Notes under the pieces: generated by a model
What the model was told of the DNA's origin: nothing
Seen by the model: only the letters and a program-made list of their open reading frames with translations
The model's database searches: none
Source of the DNA: Trichoplax adhaerens
Taxonomy: Eukaryota; Animalia; Placozoa
Assembly: GCF_000150275.1 (NCBI RefSeq)
Contig: NW_002060951.1
Coordinates: 700,328 to 764,327 of the forward strand
DNA length: 64,000 bases
Direction: 5' to 3'
In this document: piece after piece, positions 29,140 through 40,580 of the stretch
How positions within the stretch are numbered: position 1 is the stretch's first letter
Layout: every line of letters begins with the position of its first letter
Program-made: the position numbers and the translations under genes

Positions 29140-30720
29140 TTACAGAGTTACAGTATAGCACAGCACTACACTTGGCGTTCAACAAGGCAAATCTGACAGT
29201 ATACCCTTAGTAACGCACTGAACACTCCGTACTGGACACCACTACGCTGTACTGTATGCCGTAGTACCCCGGTCGATGCAGCGGTGTCTCTCTACTCCGT
29301 GGTCCATGTGTAGTCAATGAGTGAACGTTTACAGTGTACAGTACAGCTGCGACCGTAATCTACAGTACTGTAGCGCAGAGTACTGTACTGTACTGTAGTC
29401 CATATTGTGCGCCAGCCAGTCCCAAGGACTAAACGAGACAATAGAATTTCTACGGTGAAATGTCCTACAGTACGAGTCCATTTCTTGTACTGTACTGTAC
29501 TGTACAGTACACTGTACAGTCCAGGATAAAAAACGGCTTCATTTGGGCCGAATGCGGAAATTCTAATTTCACTTTTGACGTTCAAATCATGAACGAATAT
29601 TGCTAATTTGAAAGCAGATGAAACGCGAGTTGTTCATTTAATTTTCGAATTAGATTATAGCCGTTCAACACAGAAATGCACGAATACATTACAGTTCTAT
29701 TATTCCGGCTAATAGTGAGCGTTCCATCAGTGCTTCCATTCCATATTACAGTAAGTTCTGTATTATTGAGCACCAGACTGTCGGCAATACTGTACTGTAC
29801 AGTGTACAGTATTACGGAATGAAAGAAGTACAGTACAGTACGCAAGCACGTCCTTGTCGACGAGTAACTACGCAATCTCTTTCCGTTCCGTTCAGTCTTA
29901 TACTGTACAGTACAGATCTACTGTACTGTACAGTACACTTATTCTACAGTACTGTACTGTACACTGTACTGTACACTGTACAGTACTACAGTACAGTAGT
30001 GTGCGCAGTACAGTACCACACTCATTACCACGGTACGACTCTGTGTTGTAGTACTGTATTACAGTACTCATTTTGTTTTGTACAGTATAGTGGGTTACAA
30101 TACACTAGTACAGTGTACAGTACAGTATGCATTTCGGAGCGGACACGTGGTTTGTCAACACTGAACACTGCAGTCAACAGTGTGTACTGTACAGTGTACA
30201 GTACACTGTACAGTACAGTACTGTACAGTCGGCTCTTAGCTCGTACAGTACTGTACAGAACCACAAGTCAGTAGTACTGTAGACCACAATACTGTACTAT
30301 ACTGTACATACTGTACAGTACTGTACTGTACTGTAGCACTGTACTGTACAATGTACTGTAGAGACTTGGCAAGCACACCGTACTCTACACTGTACAGTGT
30401 ACAGTACAGTGACCGAGCGACTGTCACATTTCATCGGGTTTTGCAATTTTCCATTGCAATCCATTTTGAGCCGTGCCTTGACTCCATACCTGCATTGTAT
30501 TGTACTGTACAATGTCCATTAGCCCTTGCAATATGATTTCTACAGTATAAATATACTGTACACTGATTGATGTAAACGATGATGAGAGGATGGAGAGCAG
30601 GTTTATGCATTGATTGCCAATGAACGCACATAGGGAGGACGTTAGAGAGACATCGATGAGGAGGCTACTGCCTGACGGAACAGAATAAGAATCAATCTAC
30701 TGTATATTATACTGTATAAT
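29140..30720. repeat. Island of self-complementary TACAG/TACTG (plus TACAGTG/TACACTG) clusters separated by unique GC-richer spacers
   Basis: Dense clusters at ~29330-29400, 29485-29520, 29788-29841, 29900-30016, 30047-30128, 30183-30410 and 30495-30565; many local palindromes. Confidence 0.92.
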
Positions 30721-30780
30721 TTATACGTAGGCAGCTAGCATGTGATATCACTTACCGGCTATCTATTCATTATATTATAG

Positions 30781-31014
30781 CCTTGACGACGCTGAAGCAG
30801 CTGATGTAAAACAGTTAACGTACTGTTATGCAAAAAATATGTAGATTCGTTCAGGAGCTAGGGCAATTAATAGAGAAATCGTTATATTTCAGCCTTCAGC
30901 ACTTTGTAATCATACCTTGACGACGCTGAAACAGCTTATGTAATTCAGTTAACGTACTGTTATGCAAGAATACGTAGATTTGTACAGTAGCCAGGGCAAC
31001 TCATAGAGAAATCG
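30781..31014. repeat. ~100-bp direct repeat, 2 copies (30781-30881 and 30915-31014)
   Basis: Both copies read ccttgacgacgctgaa.cagct.atgtaa..cagttaacgtactgttatgcaa...gtagatt...agggcaa...atagagaaatcg. Confidence 0.9.
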
Positions 31015-32526
31015 CAGATGCTCCCTTGCAGTGCTTAGTCGTCCTGCAGTAGTCTGGCATTAACTTACAACGTACGGTAATTGTAAATAGACACTCGAAT
31101 AAGTATTTCTATCTACCATGGTAGAATGACAGACCAACGTCAATTAACCAAAATCTCAGCAGTATCAAGTAAAATGTGGTGTCAAGTTATAAGAAGAAAC
31201 TAGAAAATTCGCAGAATGTGTACATTGCGCGTTATTGATTTGATTTAACAGTAGTGTGAACGAAGCAGTAACTGCTGTACAAATATGCGCGCATACTGTA
31301 ATCAATCAACTGGATAAGTGTTATTGGATTATGTACAGTAGAATATATTATATAGTATGCTATGTTCAAACGTTGAAACCTCCAACGCCCATAGTACTTT
31401 ACATTTCTCAACTCACTTCAATTATTTTGATAACTGTAGCTATTCAAAATCAACATGATAAAAGTTCCTCCATTACGGCTGATATCAGCAGCTAGGGTAA
31501 TCTTCGATATTCAACAGAGGCCATTCATCAATTTCATTCGCTATCAGGTAAAATGACAATAATATCCATTCATCTTACCCATAGCTAGAATATAGTCTTG
31601 TGCACAACTTTCATTCCATCAAGTTGACGTTGAAACACAGTTCTAATGGTAAAATTATTTATAATAATATTGTCAAGTTAATTAACATCATCCAATCATG
31701 ACAAATAAAGTTTGTCGACTTTTCACGTGCATGCATATCCACACATAAAAATTTTAAAAATCGCTGATTTGTGGCTAGAATATGTTGTATTGTATTGGAT
31801 GGAATAATAGAGCATTGAAATAATTACATTACATAGAAGGCGTTGTGAAAACCCTCCTATACACTGTCAGTACTGCATAAAAGTCAGTGTCATAATTCCT
31901 TCTCTTCTACGGTACGCTTACGCGTATATTGAACATTAATCCTTGTAATAGGATTGCCATGGTCAGCGATCGGCGTTATTGTAATGTGCTGTAAGTGCAT
32001 TATGGAAGTGAGCAATTAACAATAGACTGTAGCCATATTTCATGACATTATAGGCCAATATATGAATATTAATCAATCTTTGACAATAATAAGATACAGC
32101 ACAATTAGAAGAAAAAAAAAGCATAAAATAGATCTAGAACTATAGCCTACTATAGAATGACATGATTGATCCTATTGGGGGGACCATTATTAAACAGTAG
32201 AAGATAGAATACTGTCGGCATCTTTTGCATTTTATACACAAACTGTTAGTAATAACAATTTTTTTCTGCTCTTGATATAACTTCTTTATTGAGCCTGTAT
32301 AATTTCAATATATTTTCTAAAAGAAATTCTACATTATAGACCAGTAGTACATTTACTTTATATCAACCTACTAGAAATTCAGCATGAATTTGTAACTACG
32401 TACCGCAATTGCTCACTTCAATCGTATATTCACCGATAGCAAAGTCAATACTGTATCAACGATTATCGTAACTCTATGAAGAAGCCAGGAACCTTAAAAT
32501 TGAAGAAAAAAGATATCTGATAAGAA

Positions 32527-35500
32527 ATGGATAGCTATGAGAAAATACGAATCGTTGGAAGAGGTGCATATGGGTAAGTTACCTTTCCAAGACGTTCATC
32601 CGATAAGATAGAGTATAATAAATAGTACCAATTAAATACGACTTAAAAATATAGACTACAGTAATGATGAGTTTAATAATATTCATCTATTGGCTTATGT
32701 CAATGACTTTAATGATAAAATAAGCGCATTTTGTATACATATAAAGGACATTAAGAAAAGGGATTTTTTATTCTCGAAATTGCATTGGTACCGTATTCAG
32801 TTTTATATTACTGACACGCATACTGCAGTGACAATAAGTTTAAAGTAATTTTTAGTGATCAGCTACAGCTGACGATATCTTATTTCTTTCATGCCAACTT
32901 ACTACCAATGCAAACATTTATAAAATCTAAAATGGAGGAGAAAAATTTGAACCATTTTATGATGGATTAGAAGCTTGATTGAACTATTATCACTATAACC
33001 AATCAAGATAACAGCTAGCGTTTTATATTTTTTCCTGTTTGTTAGAACCGTTTATTTATGCCGTCGTCTAGTCGATAACGGCTTGGTCATTATCAAACAA
33101 ATTCCAGTAGAAGATATGACAATCGAGGAAAGGCAATCCGCTATTAATGAAGTTAAAGTATTATCCGTATTAAAATATCCAAATATTATCGGCTACTATG
33201 ATAGTTTTTACGAAGATAAAGCTCTGATGATTGTCATGGAATATGCCGAAGGTAAGTTGATTTGCTTACGCAACATCATTAAATGATTGTTTTTTCTTAC
33301 GATTCACGGCTTGATTAATTGTAGGCAAATACATTATGTGTCGTATCTAATTTAGCCTTGGGTAATCGTCACCAATCATTAAAGATAATTAATGCTACAG
33401 TGAATAAATTAAGTCACTAGTTTACCTTAGCAGCGCTAGTTATCATCATTTTTATGATATTTCATCATAGCAATCAAGAAACGAATTATTATTGCACTTT
33501 AATTTACTTATTGGAAAATATCTAATTTATTACTTAAATCGAAGCTCGCTAAACTTCAATGTCTATTCGATATAGGCGGTACCATTTTTGAATATCTACA
33601 ACAACGACGAGATGAACTTTTAAGCGAGGAAGTAAGTCATGAACTTATATAGCTTTTTCGTTCATTATCATTTCAATATTATGAGCACTTCGGATCATAT
33701 CCTTAGTTTATTTTATTCTTAGCAAGTTAACGTCAGACTGTTGCAACTATCAAATATAAAATTCTTCCTTTCTTGGCCTATCTTGTGATTATAACGATCT
33801 CAGCTTTGATGTTATAAGTCCATTAAACAACAGCATGAGATCTACTACAAAATAGTTTTCATAGTCGCCAGTGATTTAAGCATTCAATTTCCATTACGCT
33901 AATAGAAGTAAAATAGTTAATTGAAGCCTTCGATTATGACAACACTTTAACAACTTATTGTAAAGACATCATTTGTAGGGGCCTGAGTTGTTATAATTTA
34001 TTGACTATAAATCATATCTATTTCATAAGTTCCTAATGACTCTTTCCTATATATAACTATATGAAAATCCAATTCATAAAACTATATAAGCTTAATAAAA
34101 GAATGAAATAGAAAATTTTTGAAATACGACTTTACATTTACGTCACTCCATATTATAATCAAATTCTTTTTAATTATAGGAAATTCTTCATCTATTTGTG
34201 CAAATCTTACAATCTCTGCATCATGTTCATTCCAAGAATATTTTACATCGAGATTTAAAGACACAAAATATATTACTTAATGATAGAAGAACAGTAGCTA
34301 AACTTGGCGATTTTGGAATATCCAAAGTTCTTAATAGTAAAAGTAAAGCAAATACGGTACGTTGAATTATTCTAGAAAAAGATTACTTCTAAGAAGAAGT
34401 TGAGATATAATCAAATTGACAGTGCTATACATCTAAGCTTTAATTGTAAACGTAGTATGACTAGCTAGTATGAGCTTACATGATGACATATGAATTTAGT
34501 ACTTTCTATCGAGGATAGATGAACATTCCAAAATTTAATTACGCGTAATGATCGTGATTTTTAATTTCTTACTCTCTATCTTGATGTATTGAGTAGGTAG
34601 TTGGGACACCTTGTTATATCTCTCCTGAACTTTGCGAAGGAAAACCGTATCCATAATCGCAATATCGACTTCAATGGCTTTGATATTGCTATATTTTTTC
34701 GGTTCATATTCTTGCAAGACTATCGCAGTCTGATTTTAGAAATAAAATAATTTCTTCTTATTGTTAGCTTGTAACCACTTCAATTTATTCGATTTATTCC
34801 TTAAGGCATTATAATTTACCGTTTATTTAATTAATTTAATATCAATAACGTTACTACCTTAACTAAAATATCTAAAGATATAATCATAAAAGCGATATCT
34901 GGTCTCTAGGTTGTGTTTTATATGAATTAGCCAGTTTAAAAAGAGCGTTCGAAGCACCGGTAAGTTACATTTTAAATTTCAATTATTAAAAATTTAATTT
35001 TATTTTATGATAATCCATAGTCTAGAAATTTTTTATTTCATATTTTACGAAAGGTCATCAAAGAGTATATTACTATAGCATCTGATGATATTAATACTAA
35101 TCTCAGTGAAACAGATAATATAAATTATGACACTTCTTTGTACGTTATCCGTAACAGAATTTGCCAGCTTTAGTCATGAAGATCATGAGAGGAAAGTTTG
35201 CTCCTATATCCTCTATTTATAGCGAAGATCTTCGAGGATTAATTTTAAGTATGCTGCATTTGGACCCTTCTCGAAGGCCGGAATTAGATGAGATTATGGC
35301 ACTACCCATTATTGTTAATTCTTTAATGCAAGCAAGAACATCTATTGGTCGTATTCCATGTCTTCAGTAAGTTACAAATTTTTTATAACTATGAAATAGT
35401 ACCTTATACTTCATGGCTATTATTTGCTATTTGATCAAATTAAGAAGCTCTCCCACCTTAAACAAACAAAATGGAAGTTTCTAGAATAATTTGTACTAGT

Positions 35501-38500
35501 ATCATACTTACGAAATCTGAAGTATACGACAGTGTGCTTGATAACATATTTTTATACAAGTTTGAATGTTTCCTTGATACAACATATACCTGGATCATTC
35601 CCTCTAAAGACAACCTAACAAACAGATTATTACTGCAGACTTTAAGATTTTACTAATCAGGCTCTTTTTCTTGAATAGATTATCGAAGAAAAATTCATCA
35701 ACTACAAGACGATCAAAAGGGAAGCGATATCATGCATCCGCAAAGAGCAACCATACTTTAGATAGCGGCATTGATGGAGGTAAGCTTTTTACTTTCTTCA
35801 AACCTGACTGTATTGCTACCAATGTTAACGTATCAACAGAAAAATTGTTGCTGTCGAATTATTTTAGAACGGATTGAAATTGTTGTAGTTACTAGCTAAC
35901 TAAAAAATTATTAATGGTCATGCCTTTATTATTCGTTCTGCTGTATTATAATGTAAAAAATGATTTTTTATTCCATATTTTAGGTTCAATAACCAATAAT
36001 CGAGCTACTTATGATCGATCTAATAGCACCGATGATGCATCTGGAATTCTGTCAAGCAGTGGTGGTAGCATTAGTTTGCCTTTCGACTCTCAATCACTTA
36101 AAAGTTCGCATAATTCGAATATAACTTCCTATAGTCATCGAACAAATCGACCAGGTTCATCCATTAGTAGTTTATCGGGAGCATTAACAGATAGTGAAGA
36201 CTCCCATGTATCATCATCATCAGCACCTGTTTTCACGTGGGGAAGTAGCTCATCTAAACCGCTAATGCTAAATTTACCGCAAAGAAGTTTACAAATCACA
36301 CGCGTAGATGTCAGTCGGACGCAAAAAATGGGTGTAACTAATTGTGGCCAAATTGTTATTTGGGAGGTAAGCAGATGCACAAAAAAAATGTAATAGGGAG
36401 ACCTAGATATTGTTTTCATTACCTGATAGGCTTTCTAGCCTTTAAATTTAGTTATACTGCTGGATAAAGTGAAGTGAAATTGATTACTAATATTATTTTA
36501 TTTCTCTGACTTTATTTTACAGCAAAATAGAGTACAATTAGATGGTAAAAATGATCGCAATATTAATATTGATATACCGAGGCTCCTTGAAGGCCAATCG
36601 GTCGTCAATATTACTCATGTCTCTTGTGGAGATTTATTTACTGCTTGTCTAACAGGTATAAATTGTTGAACAGTCTCTCAGTTATAGAAAACTGTTAACC
36701 AACATCAGAATATATTTCAAAAATAACAAATCCTTTTAGTCGAACTTATAATTTGTTCTTAAACATGAATAGATCGTGGAATCTTAATGACTTTTGGATC
36801 AGGTGCAAACGGTTGCTTAGGACATGGAAATTTTAACGAAGCAGCACATGTAAGGAAAATCAAATCATTACACCATAAAGCCTAATACTGGTACACACAA
36901 AAATTCACGTTATAACCTACCTAATTAATCATTCTATTGGAATTACTTCTACAGCCAAAAATCGTTGAATCCTTAATTGGTTATGAAATCGTAAATGTTT
37001 CCTGTGGTGCATCTCATATTATGGCTATTACAGGTACACAACATTTAGGAAGTATTGTAAGCAAGACTAATAGTTATTTCTATCATATTACATAAGGTTT
37101 AGTGTTTAAGCTTTTTTTTCATAAAATATAATTTCTTTAGCTGAACATGAATTATTTGCCTGGGGTAGAGGTGATAACGGTAAGTATAGTATTAAGCCAA
37201 CTGTAATTATCATTCGGTTGTATTGTTAACAAATCCAAGGATAAGATTATGGTTAACGATATTTTACGCCAAAAAATATAGGTCGATTAGGAACATCAAA
37301 TACCAAGACATATAGCGTACCAGAACTCATTAAACTACCAGAAACTTATCAGCCTAGCTCAGTATGTTGCGGTATTGATTGTAGTATGGTATTATGTTGC
37401 GACGGTTGCTTACTAGTCTGTGGTAGTAATCGAGCCAATAAGTTATCATTAGACACCTCAGATACTGGCTTAGTAGATGAAAAACATTCCCTAACACGTG
37501 TACCATCCATGCCACTCTCATCACTATCAATTGAACAAGTAGCAGCTGGCACTTCCCATACTGCAGTAATAACAGGTGATAGAAAGCTACGGTTAAATTA
37601 CAGATTATTATAAATATTTAAGATAACTTTTGTTAACTGAATCTAGCATTTCTTCAATTTATAAATTACCGAACATATAGCTAATGGTCTTTTATATTGC
37701 CGTTTAGCTGTTTTGTTACCGTATTCAGTATGGTAGAAGTTACTTTTTATATCTATCACGTTATCCTTAATATAAATTTAGTAAAGGTATCAATTAAGCT
37801 TTTATATATGTATAGTTACGAATGTATAGCTTTCATTTTCTAGGATGTTCTAACAGTTTGATAGAAAGATAATTACATTGCTTATTCGATAAATTATTTG
37901 GCCTAGGTATCATAAAGAGTTTTAATTTGCATTCGTATTAATATTTGCGTTGAATACTTTACTAACCAATTCTAGAGGACGGCAAGCTCTATACCTGTGG
38001 AGTTAATACATATGGCCAACTAGGTTATGAGCAAAGCAAGCAAAGGGTTTCTGCAAAGCAAGTTTCATCATTAAATCATAAGCAAATTAAATATATCGCG
38101 TGCGGGGATGCATTTACCATTGCTGTTACTGCAGGTAAATTTTATAACTGATATTCTTATTATTCAAGCAAGTTCGTTTAAATGATCGTAAAATACGGCA
38201 GCAGTACACCATCTGAATATATCGATAGAATACTTTCTTGCTGTCAGTAACAAGACTATTATCTGAAAGAATTTGTAGTTTCAAACCTCATGCGTTCAAG
38301 ACAAATAATTTATTTTTATCGAGCAATAGCAATAGTAATACTTATATTGAAGTCAGTTATAGTAAATTTTTAGGTGATGTGCTGCTTTATTTTCAATTTT
38401 TAACAGATAATGAGGTTTATGCGTGGGGTAAAGGTAGCCGTGGACGACTAGGCCTAGGCACAGAAAAAAATTTCGTCGAACCACAACGTATTACGTTTAA

Positions 38501-38609
38501 TCATTATAACTTTGAAATCCTCTCTTTGGCCAGCCGACACGGAAATACATTAATGTCTACTCGCTTGAAATATAATAATGGCGATATAAACCCTATCAAG
38601 GATAAATAA
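32527..38609 (+). CDS. NEK8: NIMA-related Ser/Thr kinase Nek8 (kinase + RCC1 repeats), 16 exons, 764 aa
   Basis: Exons 32527-32573, 33046-33251, 33576-33631, 34180-34356, 34597-34646, 34878-34959, 35158-35366, 35679-35779, 35984-36366, 36523-36655, 36773-36849, 36955-37033, 37141-37179, 37282-37575, 37976-38134, 38407-38609; GT-AG, phases consistent (2295 nt). Motifs [46 protein letters not shown], then RCC1 repeats ([42 protein letters not shown]). Confidence 0.95.
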
Positions 38610-40580
38610 TTTTATCACATGGATTATCTACTATTCATTTTTATAAGGATAGACTAAAATTCTTTAAAAGAAAACAATAATAGTAATTTACTTTATCCAA
38701 AAATGATATTTTATCTAAGGCTTTACCAATTAAAAAATTCCAATCCGATTTGGGAAATTATATTCAAAGTTGACTGAATATACCATTGGCTTTTCTTCTT
38801 ATCCACTTTTCGACGAGTTCTAAACTAGAAATAAAGACAAGATAGATATCAAAGTCATCGTTAGATATCTATTGCTGGGCTGCCACATGATAACATTTCA
38901 ATTATATATTTTATCACTTTCTACTTTTTGGATTAATATCATCTAATTCAGTCCATAGATATGAAAAGATGGTAGCAACTGCTTATACAAATGCTCTTGA
39001 TAGATGAACAATCGACGAGATCATAATTAAATGATCTATTCTGTAACTGAAAAGTATAGTGAGTAATCTAATACGACGATGTTGAAGACATTAGAGTCAT
39101 TTATAACTTTATAGTCTTCAATAATATTGGATTTACATTTACAATAAAATTTTTGTTTTTTCTAAGAATTTTATCCTAATTTGAGAGTTCTTGCTGTGTT
39201 TGTGCAGCAAGTGATAAAGATGTCTACAGTATATTAAAGCCGTATATCTTAAAAGCGAATTTTAGAAATACTGACATAATTTTAATTGTACTAAAAAATT
39301 ATTTAACGGGCTCGTATAGCCTTAAGATCGATTCGATATTTTTATTCGCGGGCTGAATATTATTGCTCATGGAAAACGTAAATCTAAATATTAATTATAT
39401 CATATGATTTATATGTCTGCAAATATCTTTATCCTGTTACTTGAATAGCAACTTCGTATTAATGAAGCAATTTCAAAGTGGATAATCTACAAAATAGAAA
39501 GCTATGTAATGGCTTTTTCTTTTTACTATAGAGATCTAAATAGCCCTATAGCATATTGACTGTACAGTCTAAATATCTGTAATTAATAAACGTAAATATG
39601 ATGATAAAAATTGATACTGACCGCTTAGAAATAATATATATACAAAGATATAGATGCAGACATACATAAACAGTAATGGTTCGAATTCGCTAAATATACG
39701 AATATTCGAGGGTAATATAAGGATCTTTTAATCAACAATATCTGATCATCCCTTTAAAATATTTTCCTAGAACATACTTCATTCGATAGGCATCAGTAGT
39801 GCATCTCATAGATCGACTATAAATTTGTAGCCATGAAATTAACCACTTTAAAATGCTACTTCTGTAGATACAATAGCTTCATCAGGATATTTTTTCTTCA
39901 TTTCGCATCAATTTTTATTTCTTAATTATGAAATATTCAGTAGCTGTGAGTGTAACAATTTTTATTTCGAGTACGCGATAGAATAACCAATACATTCATA
40001 AATTAAATTCAATACATGTTTATATTCCTTCGAAACCTTTAAGTGCTTTGTATAATAAATGCATATAATTACTAAAACTGTCGTAAATAGGCGGGATTGG
40101 TATAATTTTATTTTATCAAGATAAAATCATTCATTTTAATATCAAAAGCTAACCGTAGGTTTGGGATATTCCAAGCATTCAGGTTATAATTTTAAACTGT
40201 ATTTGTGTTTCATCATCATAGTTATTATAGCAAGACTAGATGGTATGGGTTTCCTATGATACATGGTATAAAAATTAAGGTCCATGTATTACAAAAAGAA
40301 AGATATATAATACTATGGAACAACCTATATTTTTGCCACTTTAGATTGATCAAATCAGTAAATTACTACGATCGCTAATTCTTTTTCCATGTTAATTATG
40401 AGCGATCAGGGTGCTAACTATAAATTGATAATAGCAGTATTTTTCTGTCGACATTCTAGTTAACAGTTTGTAAAGCTAGTTATTGTAAATCTTGCCTTCA
40501 AACGGTGATTTATAACTAGTGAATTATGATACGCTTGTGAAATCACAATTTAAATCCAAACCATAGATATCAATTGTATA

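Noticed and set aside
29480-30410. TGTAC/AGTACA motifs as steroid hormone response elements or GTAC copper-response elements
   Set aside because: Spacing is not the 3-bp inverted repeat of steroid receptor sites, SBP-domain GTAC readers are plant/algal, and the TA-flanked grammar explains the motifs better.
29292-30631. Nine overlapping ORFs rich in YSTV/LYCT repeats
   Set aside because: By-products of the TACAG/TACTG repeats, which rarely form stop codons; present on both strands in several frames with no domain signal.
29140-30720. CRISPR-like appearance (palindromic repeats with unique spacers)
   Set aside because: Repeat and spacer lengths are irregular, there is no fixed repeat consensus, no cas genes, and the context is eukaryotic.
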